Counted from the first letter of the stretch, positions 29,761 to 40,978 are shown. The stretch is 64,000 bases of DNA from an uncultured delta proteobacterium (GCA_963766715.1 CAVYBH010000002.1:222732-286731); one strand, 5' to 3'. Notes: generated by a model from the letters alone, not told the origin. A program made the numbers and translations.

Positions 29761-31075
29761 ATGAAAGTCCTCTCGCGGCTCGCCATCGCAGTGGTCCTCC
29801 TCGCCGCCGTGCCTGCGGTCGACGTGCGCGCCCAGGTGGCCCTGCCTCCATTCTACGTGGCCGCCTCCAAGCTCGCGCCGACGGGAAGGCTCGGACAGGT
29901 CCTGAAGAAGGAGCCGGTGAGCACCCCCATCGCCGGCGCGAAGGCCTGGCGGGTCGCCTACGTGTCGTCCGACGTGTCCGGGCGGAAGACCCTCTCCACC
30001 GCGCTGGTCGTGGCACCCGTGGGGCCCGCGCCGAAGGGGGGCAGGCCCGTGGTCGCCTGGGCGCACGGAACCACCGGCACCGCCCAGAATTGCGGTCCCT
30101 CGCAGTTGCTCGACCCCGCCCAGCCGCTCAACGAGTACTTCCTCGTGGGAGGGAACTCGTGGACCGACTACGGCCTCCCCGCGGTCGACGAGTTCGTCCG
30201 GGCGGGCTACGTCGTCGTGGGGACCGACTACCAGGGGCTCGGCGCCGGCGGGAAGCACCAGTACGCCATCGCCGCCACCAACGGCCGAGACCTGATCAAC
30301 TCTGTCCGGGCCGTGAGCTCGATGAAGGAGACCGGCGCCGGCAAGAGGGCGGTCGCCTACGGATGGTCGCAGGGCGGGGGAGCCGCCATCGCCGCGGCGA
30401 GCCTGGGCGACTACCTCGCCGAGAAGGGCACGGTTGCCGACGGGGTGACGTTCGCGGGGTTCGTGGCGCTCGCGCCGGACGACGTGGCGGTACTGGTCCC
30501 GCCGAACGCCAGCGGCCCAGCGGCCGAAAAGGTGCTGGGCGCGCTCGACGGCGAGCTTCTCCGACAACGTCTTCAACTTCACCCACTACGCCATGGTCAT
30601 GTGGGCGACCGCCGGGGCGTTCCCGGGGCTCCAGCTCACCGACATCTTCACCGACGAGGGCGCCGCCGTCGTCGACGAGGTGCTTTCCCGGAAGTGCATG
30701 CACGCGGCCGCGGACACACTGGCGCACGTCTACGGAACGGGCTTCAAGAGCCTCATCCGATCCACGCCCGTGAATGCATCGGCGTGGGTGGAGGGGCTCA
30801 TCCGGGGCAGCGTGCTGCCGGTGAAACCGGTAGCGCCGGTCGTCATCTACTGGGGCACGAAGGACGTCACCAACCCGCCGGTGATGGGGAAGCTCTACCG
30901 CGACCAGATGTGCAAGCTGGGCGGGAACGTCACGCGGGTGCAACTCGCCGGGGAGCAGGACCACTACTCCACGCCGGGGAAGGCCCAGCCGCTCTACGTG
31001 CCGTGGGTCCGGGATCGGTTCGAGGGCAAGCCTCTCGAGGACGGGTGCGCGGAGGGGACGCCCGGGAAGCCCTGA
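29761..31075 (+). CDS. Secretory lipase (LIP family), frameshift near 30550
   Basis: Signal peptide; WAHGTTG...C.PS, TDYQGLG, GWSQGG. Confidence 0.85.
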
Positions 31076-31090
31076 TCAGGAACCCTCTGC

Positions 31091-31966
31091 TCAGGGGAAC
31101 CTCACCTCCACCGAAGGGTTTCCGGGCAACCCCTGGTACGTGACCTTCACCGAGGAGCCCGGCTGGATCGGGCCAGACGAGAAGGCGCCCAGTGAGAGCA
31201 GGTCGCCCGGCCTCAGCGCCCCGCCATTTCGCTTGAGTGCCGCCGCGATGAAGATCACCGCGTTGAGCGGTTGACCGAGGATGGCGCTGCCGGCGCTCGT
31301 CGCGAGCTCCTTGCCCGTGCCGTCGGTGGTGCGCACGGTCATCGTGCGCAGCGCGTCGATCAGGGCGGCGTCGCCCCCCACCGGTACCGGGGTGCCGAGC
31401 ACGCCGAGCCGTGCGCCCACGTCGTAGTACGTCAGCGACTGCGCGGTGATACGGCTCGGATCCTCGAGCGAGACGTCGGGTAGCTCGATGAAGGGGTAGA
31501 TGGCGCGGAGCGAGGCCAGGACCTCGGCCGGCGTGGTGGCGTCGTTCACGGCGCTGCTCCCCACCTCGACGACGAGGTCGGCCTCCATGAAGGGGCGAAC
31601 GCCGAATCGGGCGGGGATGGCCGCGCCCTCACGCAGCACCATCTTCTCGAGGAGCACGCCCAGCAGCGGCTGATCGATGCCGAAGCGCTTCTGCACGGCC
31701 ACGTTGGTGAGCCCGGCCTTGTAGCCGATGGGCTGGCCCAGCGCCGGCGCGAGCGCCGCCATCAGCTTCGCCTGGCCACAGGTGGCCCCTTCCATGGTCA
31801 TGCCCGCCGGAGGCGTCGTCAGCGGTTCGTAGGCGAGGTAGCGCTGGGCCGCGCTCGCCACCTCGGCGTCGGTGGGACAGGTGGCGGCGCTGCGCGGAAC
31901 GGTGGCGCAGGCGGAGAGCCAGGCGGCTGCCGCGAGGAAGGGCGTGCGGGAGAGCAGGCGTCGCAT
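31091..31966 (-). CDS. 2-keto-4-pentenoate hydratase-like (FAH superfamily) protein with a lipoprotein signal
   Basis: IGYKAGLT, EADLVV, ILGQPLNAV, LRPGDLLSLG; lipobox LSAC. Confidence 0.8.
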   Translation of the reverse strand: MRRLLSRTPFLAAAAWLSACATVPRSAATCPTDAEVASAAQRYLAYEPLTTPPAGMTMEGATCGQAKLMAALAPALGQPIGYKAGLTNVAVQKRFGIDQPLLGVLLEKMVLREGAAIPARFGVRPFMEADLVVEVGSSAVNDATTPAEVLASLRAIYPFIELPDVSLEDPSRITAQSLTYYDVGARLGVLGTPVPVGGDAALIDALRTMTVRTTDGTGKELATSAGSAILGQPLNAVIFIAAALKRNGGALRPGDLLSLGAFSSGPIQPGSSVKVTYQGLPGNPSVEVRFP

Positions 31967-32144
31967 GATCGGCTCCTGGAATGGAGAGTCCTGGAAGCCT
32001 GTCACGGTGCGATGTGGGCCCGCAACCGCGGGTCGACCCGCAGGGCAGGGAGGATCCCAAACGGGCGTTTGCCGCCCATCGACCGGACAAGGGGCATCGG
32101 CGGGGGTATGACGCGCGGCAACCCCGCCCTGGGAGGTCGCCGCC

Positions 32145-33748
32145 ATGAGCCGTTCATTCGCCGTACGCGCCGCCTTCGCCGCGCTGATGCTCTTCACGGC
32201 CGCAGCCGGCGCAGCACAGCAGAAGCAGCCCAACATCATCATGATCATGGGCGACGACATCGGGTGGTTCAACATCGGCGCCTATGGCCAGGGCATCATG
32301 TCGGGCAGGACGCCCAATCTCGACCGGCTCGCCGCAGAGGGGATGCGCTTCACCGACTACTACGCCGAGGCGAGTTGCACGGCCGGACGCGCCAACTTCA
32401 TCACGGGCGAGCTCCCCATCCGCACCGGTCTCACCACCGTGGGGCAGGCCGGCTCGCCGATCGGGATTCCAGCCGAGGCGCCCACCATCGCCACGGCGCT
32501 GAAGTCGATGGGCTACGCGACCGGGCAGTTCGGAAAGAACCACCTGGGCGATCTCAACCAATTCCTGCCGACCGTGCACGGCTTCGACGAGTTCTTCGGC
32601 TACCTCTACCACCTCGATGCGATGGAGGACCCGTGTCACGCGAACTACCCGCCGGCGCTGAAGGCCACCGTGGGTCCGCGCAACATGGTTCACAGCTGGG
32701 CGACCGACGTCGACGATCCGGCCGTGCAGCCGCGCTGGGGCAAGATCGGCAAGCAGAAGATCGAGGACGCGGGCGAGCTCTGTCCCGACGCGGATGGAGA
32801 CCGTCGACGACGAGATCCTGGCCAAGGCGCTGGCCTTCGTCGACCGGGCGCGAAAGGACGGGAAGCCCTTCTTCCTCTGGCTCAACCCGACCCGGATGCA
32901 CGTCGTCACGCACCTCTCGCCCAAGTACCAGGCGATGCGCAATTCGGAGAACAACTGGTCCATCCAGGAAGCGGGCATGGCGCAGCTCGACGACATCGTC
33001 GGCGCGGTCATGAAGTACGTGAAGGATGCTGGGCTGGACGGCGACACCATCGTCGGCTTCACCACCGACAACGGCGCCGAGAACTTCACCTGGCCGGACG
33101 GTGGGCAGACGCCCTTCGCCGGCGGCAAGGGCACGGCGCTGGAGGGCGGATTCCGGGTGCCGATGATCCTGCGCTGGCCCGGCAAGGTCCCGGCCGGCAA
33201 GGTCGAGAACGGCATCGTGTCGGGGATGGACTGGTTCCCGACCTTCGTGGCCGCCGCCGGCAATCCGAACATCGTGGCCGAGCTCAAGAAGGGGAAGAAG
33301 CTCGGGGACCGCACCTACAAGGTCCACCTCGACGGCTACAACCAGATGGACCTCATCACCGGCAAGGGACCCTCGGCCCGCCACGAGATCCTCTATTTCA
33401 CCGAGAGCACGCTCTCGGCCGTGCGCATCGACGACTTCAAGTACCGCTTCACCGATCAGCCCCAAGGCTGGCTGGGCGGGACCGTCAAGCTCGACTGGCC
33501 CGTGCTCACGAACCTGCGCCTCGACCCCTTCGAGCGAACCGGCATCTACAACGGCAGCTCGGGCTCGCTCGCCTACTACAACTGGTTCGCTCTACGAGTT
33601 CTGGCGCTTCCAGTTCGTGCAGCAGGAGGTGGCCAAGGTCGCCATGAGCGCCATCGAGTTCCCGCCGATGCAGAAGGGCGCCAGCTTCAACATGGAGGCG
33701 GTGAAGGCGCAGATCCAGAGGGCCATGGAGGCTCACGCCGCCAAGTAG
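32145..33748 (+). CDS. Secreted arylsulfatase (frameshifts near 32785 and 33590)
   Basis: PNIIMIMGDDIG, SCTAGRA (Cys-type formylglycine site), FGKNHLG, TTDNG, EGGFRVP. Confidence 0.92.
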
Positions 33749-33890
33749 CGGGGCTCAGAACGCGGCGGCCCGCTCGATGACCCAGAACATCGCAACGGTC
33801 CCGATGGCGTAGGCGGGGAGCACGCCAAGGACGGATGACGTCCGAGGGGTCAGGAAGCGGGGTTGGAACTGCGTGAGGAGTCTTGCCGCC

Positions 33891-34187
33891 ATGACGACCG
33901 TGACGGACTACCCGCTTCTCGTCTTCGCGCTCACCTTCCTGCTGCTCTGGTTCTCGGAGCTCGTAGGGAGCTACTTCTTGCGGGGACGCGGGGGCCTGGA
34001 TGCCGGGTTGCGTGAGCATTTCGGCCTCATCCTGGCCGCCTCGCTCACACTTCTCGGCTTGATCATCGGATTCAGCTTCTCCATGGCCACGGGCCGATAC
34101 GATCAGCGAAAGAACTATGAGGAAGCGGAGGCCAACGCGATTGGTAAGAACCTGGTCAGCCTTTCTCAGGCACTGCGTCCACTTTGA
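33891..34187 (+). pseudogene. Truncated DUF4239-like membrane protein fragment
   Basis: LTLLGLIIGFSFSMATGRYDQRK...EANAIG, then abrupt loss of similarity near 34145. Confidence 0.6.
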
Positions 34188-34372
34188 AGCGCTACTTGGT
34201 CTGCAGTCGCGTCCCCACGCGGTTCGAGAGCGCGCGCGATAGGGCATAGCCGTCCGAGATCACGCGCGGGCGGGACCGCGACCGCACCAGGCGGTCGTCG
34301 GAACTGCTACCCTGAGTGAGGCGAGGAAAGCGCACGTCCTGTCATCGGGGAGCCGCACTGCAAGAGGGCGAA

Positions 34373-35017
34373 GTGGATAGCAAGGACCTCACACCGATCT
34401 ACGCACGTCAACTGGTTCGCTTCATCAGGCCGTGGCCGGACTTTGACTTTGCGTTCATCAAGCCGCTGAGGGAGCAGGCCGTGGCGCTGCTCGACCTGGC
34501 TCCCGGCGCCCGTGTCCTCGACGCGGGATGTGGACCAGGAGGAAGTCTTCCGTATCTCGTCGATGCCGTGGGCCCGTCGGGCGAGGTGGTGGGAATCGAA
34601 ATCAGCCCGGACATCGCGATCAACGCCAGGCTGCGAGTGGAGCGGCACCAGTGGCAGAACGTCCGGATCGTGGAGGCCGATGCCCGGTCGGTTTCGCTCG
34701 AGGGAGAGTTCGACGGCTTGCTCATGTTCGCGGCGCCGGACGTCTACGCGTCGCGAGCGGCCCTCGACAACCTGCTTCCACGCCTCAAGCCTTCTGCCCG
34801 AGTGGTGTTCTTCGGGGCGAAGACCTCGCGCCGCAGGTCGGGATGGGTCCTGAACCCCCTGCTGCGGTCCTTCGTTCCCAGGCTCTCGTTCGAGACGACG
34901 CCGATGCCAACGGACGAGCCCTGGACCTTGGTGGCTGCAAGCCTCCATTCGCTCACGATCCGCGAGTTCTTCTTCGGATGGATGTTCCTCGCGTCGGGTT
35001 CACTCGTGCGTCCCTGA
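34373..35017 (+). CDS. Class I SAM-dependent methyltransferase
   Basis: VLDAGCGPG motif I; VVGIEISP. Confidence 0.85.
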   Translation: MDSKDLTPIYARQLVRFIRPWPDFDFAFIKPLREQAVALLDLAPGARVLDAGCGPGGSLPYLVDAVGPSGEVVGIEISPDIAINARLRVERHQWQNVRIVEADARSVSLEGEFDGLLMFAAPDVYASRAALDNLLPRLKPSARVVFFGAKTSRRRSGWVLNPLLRSFVPRLSFETTPMPTDEPWTLVAASLHSLTIREFFFGWMFLASGSLVRP

Positions 35018-35126
35018 ACCTCGCCAACCGACCGCCGCCAAACCGGACGGACCGCGTAGCGTGTAGGCACGCCCACAAGCGCAGGGCAGGAATCCCCACG
35101 GTCCCAAAAAGAAACCCCAGGGGTTG

Positions 35127-35159
35127 CCTGGGGTTTAAGTGGAGGCGCCGGGAATCGAA
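35127..35159 (-). repeat. Displaced tmRNA 3'-end fragment (att direct repeat, distal copy)
   Basis: CCTGGGGTTTAAGTGGAGGCGCCGGGAATCGAA, identical to 57593-57625. Confidence 0.93.
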
Positions 35160-35352
35160 AACGGGCAGGGGAGGAGATGCGAAGGTCGTTAGAGGCCGTT
35201 GACGGTTGATAGATGCCCTTGAACCGGGCGATTCGCACGAACGGCGTCGACTTGAGGCCCATTGAGAGTCGTAGGACCCGCGAGTGGCACCAAGGTACCA
35301 AGTTCCTTGACCGGTACCCAAAGCCGTGGGGACGATGGCGGCCTGCTCTCCG

Positions 35353-36087
35353 TCACTCTACTGGGCGTCCCAAGTCCATTCGCGTTCCCTCTGCCGCACG
35401 CTCCATGGCCTCACGGCCAAGTTCTAGCCGAAATGGCCCAAGTCGCGGGATGCCGCCGAGCGCAATCGCACGCAGTAGCGGACGGGCGGGGATCCGCAAC
35501 GCTGGGCTGTTCCTCCGGCGCCACGGCGACCGCGAAGTGAGGTGGTGGTAAAGGATCCGCTCCCCCTGCCCAGCGCCCGCGAGGCCGGGCCGGTCGAGTA
35601 GGCCGCCATCGAGGTAGTCCCTGCCGCCGATGCGAACCGGTTGGAACAGCACGGGAGCCGCGCACGACGCATGAATGGCGGGGGCAAGGGGGCCGCTGCG
35701 CAGGACCACTGTCCGTAGTGCACGGATGTCGAACACGGATGCAGCGAAGGGGACGCGGCACGCCTCAAAGGTCTTGGCCGGGGCGAGCGCTTCAATCCGT
35801 TCTCGGAACTTCGCACCCCGAAGCAGGCCGAGACCGAGTCGGACGTCCCAGAAGTGCTCGCGGCGCAGTCCCAGCAGTTCGTCCCGAATACCGTCCGACG
35901 GAAGCCCGGCGGCCCACAGACCACCGACAAGCGCACCAGCGCTCGATCCGCAGATGCGCGCGGGAAGGAGTTGCTCCTCCTCTAGGACCGACAAGAAGCC
36001 GGCATGAGCGAAGAAGCCGAAGAAGCCCGACGACATGGCCAGCGTGTAGGGACCCGCTGAGAGCCACTCCCGGAGCGTCATCACCAA
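35353..36087 (-). CDS. Patatin-like phospholipase
   Basis: AHAGFL, GSSAG nucleophile elbow and DGG motif. Confidence 0.88.
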   Translation of the reverse strand: MVMTLREWLSAGPYTLAMSSGFFGFFAHAGFLSVLEEEQLLPARICGSSAGALVGGLWAAGLPSDGIRDELLGLRREHFWDVRLGLGLLRGAKFRERIEALAPAKTFEACRVPFAASVFDIRALRTVVLRSGPLAPAIHASCAAPVLFQPVRIGGRDYLDGGLLDRPGLAGAGQGERILYHHLTSRSPWRRRNSPALRIPARPLLRAIALGGIPRLGPFRLELGREAMERAAEGTRMDLGRPVE

Positions 36088-36377
36088 ACAAAGATGCCGA
36101 AGGCCGAGGGATGGCGCAACCAGAGTGTCGCAGCCGATAGCGTCCCGCCCGTACGCTACGGTGCCAAGGACCTACCTACGCACTCGTGCAGAGGACGGTG
36201 CCATGCGTAGACGATGGCCACCGTCAAAGGTGACAGCCCCCGGCGGACCTGTGAGGTCGACGTCCTGTACCCAGCCTCATCAGGGACGCGGTGAAGTCCG
36301 TGACAGGTGGTACCCTCCGTAAACGTCACTTTCCGCTAACAAGGCAGCGAAGCATATGCTCCGCTGAAGGGTCATCC

Positions 36378-37283
36378 ATGCGCAATGTCCTCGTGCTCAT
36401 CTTGCTCGCCGCCGGCCTGCCGACGATTGCGGCAGCAGAACCGGCAGTCGTGAAGACATTCGAGGCGAAGATATACTCGACGGCCAGCACGTCTGGGTGG
36501 GTTGTCGGAGAGTTGAAGGAGGGCACGAAGGTTTCCGTTTCGGAGGACTCGGTCAACGGCTTTCGCCGAGTTCGGCTCAAGGACGATTCGGTCGGCTACG
36601 TGGAGGAGCGGTCGCTGACGCTGACGAATTCTGGTGGCGCGGCTGGTGGCGCAGTCGGCGCAGGGGCGGCAGCCGCTGGCGGAGTTGTTGCCGGGACGGC
36701 ACCGGCGGCACCAGCGCAGGTTCCTCAGGTGACCCCGGTTCCAGAATCCAATGCCCACCGGCACAAGGGCTTCTTCCTTCGTATGGATGGCGGATTCGGC
36801 TACGCGGGTTCGTCGGCGTCCCAGGGGGGGATCAGCGCGTCCATCAGTGGAGCTTCGAGCCAGTTTGGGATCGCGATCGGAGGGGCGGTCGCCGAGAACG
36901 TGATCGTGGCCGGGGACTTCTGGGGTGGCGTGATGCTGTCACCCAGCGTGACGCGAAACGGCGTGACGGGAACCCTTTCTTCGAGCGCCAGTCTCATTGG
37001 GTTTGGTCCCAACTTCACTTACTACTTCATGCCCGCGAACGTGTATCTCTCCCTGACGCCAGGTGTCACGGTCGTGAGCCTTACCTACAACGGAACAAGT
37101 GCGAACACGAAGGCGGGCTTTGGGGGGAAGATTGCTCTCGGCAAGGAGTGGTGGGTCGGGAGCCACTGGGGCCTTGGGCTCGCTGGTCAGTTCCTCTTCT
37201 CGTTGAATGTGGATGAGGGGATCAATCCTCCGACCTGGTCGACATTTGGTGGCGGGATTGCGTTCTCCGCGACGTACAACTAA
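36378..37283 (+). CDS. SH3 domain plus outer-membrane beta-barrel protein
   Basis: Signal peptide; SH3b-like GFRRVRL...GYV; barrel ...KEWWV..HWGLG...FSATYN. Confidence 0.75.
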   Translation: MRNVLVLILLAAGLPTIAAAEPAVVKTFEAKIYSTASTSGWVVGELKEGTKVSVSEDSVNGFRRVRLKDDSVGYVEERSLTLTNSGGAAGGAVGAGAAAAGGVVAGTAPAAPAQVPQVTPVPESNAHRHKGFFLRMDGGFGYAGSSASQGGISASISGASSQFGIAIGGAVAENVIVAGDFWGGVMLSPSVTRNGVTGTLSSSASLIGFGPNFTYYFMPANVYLSLTPGVTVVSLTYNGTSANTKAGFGGKIALGKEWWVGSHWGLGLAGQFLFSLNVDEGINPPTWSTFGGGIAFSATYN

Positions 37284-37316
37284 CGCCGCCGGTCACGAGC
37301 GACCCTGGAGCTGACC

Positions 37317-37727
37317 TTGGCCCATCGACAATTCATCATCGCGCTGTTCCTCGTCGTCCTCGCGACTCCCGCACTTGGGCGAAGCCCGGTTCCTGTCGTC
37401 GACTTCAAGGACGAAGCGATCCTCACGACGGGAGACAAGACTTTCTCGAACGCCCAGGTCAGGGACGCCATCATCCGCGCAGCGGCGTCCATGGGCTGGA
37501 CCTTGGTCCCGGCCGGCGATCAGAAGTTCGTCGCTACCTTGGTGGTGCGCAACAAGCACACCGTCGTGGCGAACATCACGTACGGCCCGGAAAAGTACTC
37601 GGTGGTGTACATGAGCAGCATCAACATGAAGTACGGCATCGACAACGGCGTGCCCGTGATCCACCCGTACTATAACGATTGGGCGCGTAAGCTCGTGGGT
37701 GCCATACGCGCTGAACTCACGAAGTAA
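37317..37727 (+). CDS. Conserved exported protein next to the lipid cluster
   Basis: Signal peptide; AIIRAA..MGW...Y.SS.NMKY...IHPYYNDW. Confidence 0.7.
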   Translation: MAHRQFIIALFLVVLATPALGRSPVPVVDFKDEAILTTGDKTFSNAQVRDAIIRAAASMGWTLVPAGDQKFVATLVVRNKHTVVANITYGPEKYSVVYMSSINMKYGIDNGVPVIHPYYNDWARKLVGAIRAELTK

Positions 37728-37746
37728 CGCGAGCACCTGGCCCTTC

Positions 37747-38472
37747 TCAACCAAGCCCGCCATTGATTCCTATGACTTGGCCCGTGATGTAGGCGGCCTC
37801 GTCGCCGACCAGGTAGGCAACAAGCGAGGCCACCTCACTCGGCTGCCCAAGGCGACGCATCGGTACGTGCTTCAGCATCTCCTCCAACGGGGCCTCCGCG
37901 ATCATGTCGGTCTCGATGAGTCCCGGAGCCACGGCGTTGACCGTGACACCACGGTGCGCCAGTTCGCGCGACAGCGCGCGGGTAGCGCCGATGAGCCCGG
38001 CCTTCGCGGCTGAGTAATTGACCTGGCCTCGGTTCCCAATCGTGCCCGAAATCGACGAGATGTTGACGATCCGGCCCCAGCGCCGACGGACCATAGGCAT
38101 CACGAGCGGGCGGGTCACGTTGTAGAAGCCGTCGAGAGTGGTACGCGTCACGGTCTGCCAGGCCAGGGGCTCCAGCGCCGGGAAAGCGGCATCGAGCGCC
38201 ACTCCTGCGTTGTTGACGACGACGCCAATGGGAGGCGCGTCGTCCACCAGCCAAGGCTGAAGTGCAGCCGTGACGCTCGCGGCGTCAGAGACGTCGAAAG
38301 GAAGCAACTCCGCCCGCCCGCCTGACATGCGAATCGCCTCCTGAACACCCTTGGCCGCATCGGTACGTGACCGATAGTTCAGTAGGACGGGATGGCCTGC
38401 GCGAGCGAGCGCGGAGGCGATTGCGGCGCCGATCCCGCGACTGGCTCCAGTGACGAGCGCCCAGGGCTTCAT
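37747..38472 (-). CDS. fabG: 3-oxoacyl-ACP reductase (ApeQ-like)
   Basis: TGASRGIG, NNAG, GNRGQVNYSAAK. Confidence 0.92.
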   Translation of the reverse strand: MKPWALVTGASRGIGAAIASALARAGHPVLLNYRSRTDAAKGVQEAIRMSGGRAELLPFDVSDAASVTAALQPWLVDDAPPIGVVVNNAGVALDAAFPALEPLAWQTVTRTTLDGFYNVTRPLVMPMVRRRWGRIVNISSISGTIGNRGQVNYSAAKAGLIGATRALSRELAHRGVTVNAVAPGLIETDMIAEAPLEEMLKHVPMRRLGQPSEVASLVAYLVGDEAAYITGQVIGINGGLG

Positions 38473-38906
38473 TTGGGAGGCGCCTCCTGCTGCGAGAGGT
38501 AGACCTTGACGTCACCTGCCGCGATGCGGGTGCCCGCCCTCGAGGCGGTGCACTCGAAGCTGCTGAGGGTGCCGTCACTGAATACCCTACGAGCCGCGAT
38601 CTCGATCACGTCTCCCACGGCAAGCCAGTCCGTGTCCAAGGTGAGTTCGCGCGCGCCCAGGAGATACCCGATGCGCGGGTGCTCGCCGTTCCGGATCGCG
38701 CGAAGTCCGCCAAGGACGCCAATGGCTTGAGCCATGTACTCGATGACCACGGCGGCGGGAACACGCTCCTCCGCAACGGTGGGCATGTCGGCGCGTACGC
38801 GTAGGCGGCAGGTGACGCTGTCCTCATTCGCGGAAACGACCTCGTCAAGGAGCACGGCCGGCCCGGAGTGCGGGAGCAGGGAGGCCACGGGGGGAAAGGT
38901 GTCTAT
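38469..38906 (-). CDS. Hotdog-fold 3-hydroxyacyl-ACP dehydratase (ApeP-like); start uncertain
   Basis: LLPHSGPAVLLD, IEYMAQ, IGYLLGAR. Confidence 0.85.
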   Translation of the reverse strand: MDTFPPVASLLPHSGPAVLLDEVVSANEDSVTCRLRVRADMPTVAEERVPAAVVIEYMAQAIGVLGGLRAIRNGEHPRIGYLLGARELTLDTDWLAVGDVIEIAARRVFSDGTLSSFECTASRAGTRIAAGDVKVYLSQQEAPPK

Positions 38907-39655
38907 GGCGGGACCTCGATATTCAATGACCACGCGCGTCCGCCCTGTCCAGCGAGGGAAACGGATCCGGTGGTTCGAGAGGCAATGGCGATCAGAAGCC
39001 GGAAGCCAGGAGCACAAGGGTGTCCTTCGAGCCCACCAGGGAGCACCAGTCCACTTCCGTCTCCGAGCCCGACCTGATCCAGCCATGCCAGGGCCCCGGG
39101 TCGGGCGCCAGAGCAGAGATGGAAAGCCGCTGCCGCTGCCGGGAAGGACCTGGATGGTGTAAACGGCGCCGGAACCTGCTCGTCAGCCAAGACCACGAGG
39201 ACGTCGTCGCAGTGATCTGCCAGGAGGCAGAGCCCTTCCTCGAAGGCCATGGCGCTTGTATCAGGTCCCGCGGCTATCGCCGGTGACATCTCATGGCAAC
39301 CCACCGCGATGGAAAGGTAGCCAACGGGGGTATTGTGCACGCTGTTGTGGAAGGCTGTCGGGGATGGAAGTCCCTCGCCGTCCATGAAGGAGCCCATCAT
39401 CTGAACGGCGACGTTGGTCTCGCCGAGTACCGAGCCATAGACCACTGGAGTCTGAGTTAGATCGGCCCGTCCGGCGGCCTGGGCGACTACCTCCGCCGTC
39501 ATCCGGGAAAGGTGTCCTGCTCGGCGGCGAAGCGCGGGCGGCAGAAGGCTGGCGACCGGAGGCTCTGATGGCGAGGCGATCCCGGTCAAGAGAGCTGGCA
39601 AGTCGGCATAGTCTGGCGACCAGAAGCCTAGGCCGAGGACGGAGGCGCGGCTCAC
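38903..39655 (-). CDS. Beta-ketoacyl synthase chain-length factor (ApeC-like)
   Basis: LRRRAG, SPTAFHNSVHN and VLADE motifs; no catalytic Cys motif. Confidence 0.85.
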   Translation of the reverse strand: MSRASVLGLGFWSPDYADLPALLTGIASPSEPPVASLLPPALRRRAGHLSRMTAEVVAQAAGRADLTQTPVVYGSVLGETNVAVQMMGSFMDGEGLPSPTAFHNSVHNTPVGYLSIAVGCHEMSPAIAAGPDTSAMAFEEGLCLLADHCDDVLVVLADEQVPAPFTPSRSFPAAAAAFHLCSGARPGALAWLDQVGLGDGSGLVLPGGLEGHPCAPGFRLLIAIASRTTGSVSLAGQGGRAWSLNIEVPP

Positions 39656-40836
39656 GGTGCGCTTCCCAGAAGAAGGCTGACGTTGGCGCCGCCAAAGGCG
39701 AAGGAGTTGCTGAGAACCGAGCGAACTCTACGGCGAACCGGCTCCGACACGATGTTCACCTTGACTGCAGGATCGACCGGGTTCGCTCCTAGGCTTGCCG
39801 GGATGAAGCCGCGCTCGATGGATGCGATTCCAAATACGGCTTCGGTCGCCCCAGCAGCGCCTAGAAGGTGACCGGTATATCCCTTCGTCGAGCAGACGGG
39901 AACGCTCGAGCCCAGCGCCGTGAGGATTGCTGAAGCCTCCACGGCATCGTTCGCAACAGTACCGGTACCGTGTGCGTTGACGAGATCAATCGCCCCTGCG
40001 TCCAGACGGGCCTGCTTCAGCGCCGAATGCATGGCCATGCGGGCGCCGAGTCCCTCGGGGTGAGGATGGCTCATGTGGTGCGCATCGGAACTCTCACCCG
40101 CGCCCAGAAGCCAGGCTGGCCCGTCTCCGTCTTTCTCAAGCAGGAGGAAGGCGGCTCCTTCGCCAAGGCTCAGCCCATCGCGGTTGGCGGAGAACGGACG
40201 GCAGCCGGACGGCGAGATGGCGCCCAGGCTGCGGAAACCACGGAGCGTTGTCAGACAGCACACGTCTGCACCGCCGCATAGCACGGCATCGGCTCGACCC
40301 GTCCGTAGCAGGCGTCGCGCGGCCGCGATGGCGGCTGCGCTGGACGAGCAGGCAGTTGAGACGACGTAGGCTGGCCCGTGGAGTCCAAGGCGTTGGCGGG
40401 TGGCTTCCAGTACCCCGCGAAACGAATGCCGATTCACAAGGTCAAAACCTGGCAGGGGAATCACCCTGTCTTGTACCCACAGTGCGTAGGAGTGTTCCGA
40501 CTCGCGGATGCCTCCCGTGCTGGTGCCCACGACGACGGCGACCCGGTCCTTTCCCCATCGTGCGACGGCGCGACTCACGGCGGGAGCGATTTCGTCCAGG
40601 ACCGTGAGCGACATCCGCACGAGGCGGCTGTCAAACCGGTTCAGTGATGGCGGGGGAGCGTCGAGTTGCCCAGCGAACTCACCGAGCGGTGAGGCGTCGG
40701 CAAGGTCGGTACTGGAACGGCGCAGTCCCGACTCGCCCTTCTCCAAGCGACGCAGCACCTCTCGGGTGCCGGCCCCCAGGGCATTCCCAACGCTGTATGC
40801 AGTAACCGGAAAGGCGCCGGCTCGGGATCCGGCCAT
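39652..40836 (-). CDS. Beta-ketoacyl-ACP synthase (ApeO-like KS)
   Basis: TACSSS, HGTGT and GHLLGAAG (Cys-His-His triad); SNSFAFGG. Confidence 0.92.
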   Translation of the reverse strand: MAGSRAGAFPVTAYSVGNALGAGTREVLRRLEKGESGLRRSSTDLADASPLGEFAGQLDAPPPSLNRFDSRLVRMSLTVLDEIAPAVSRAVARWGKDRVAVVVGTSTGGIRESEHSYALWVQDRVIPLPGFDLVNRHSFRGVLEATRQRLGLHGPAYVVSTACSSSAAAIAAARRLLRTGRADAVLCGGADVCCLTTLRGFRSLGAISPSGCRPFSANRDGLSLGEGAAFLLLEKDGDGPAWLLGAGESSDAHHMSHPHPEGLGARMAMHSALKQARLDAGAIDLVNAHGTGTVANDAVEASAILTALGSSVPVCSTKGYTGHLLGAAGATEAVFGIASIERGFIPASLGANPVDPAVKVNIVSEPVRRRVRSVLSNSFAFGGANVSLLLGSAP

Positions 40837-40978
40837 GTACGGGGCAGATACACGCGCCCTACGCCCACGTCAACCGTTGGCGCGCCGAAAAAATGCTAAA
40901 TTCTGGGCCCTTGGCCGGCGCATCTGACCCGAACGGCGTTTGCCCTGGGACCCATATGGGGCGTACGCTCCGGGTTCC

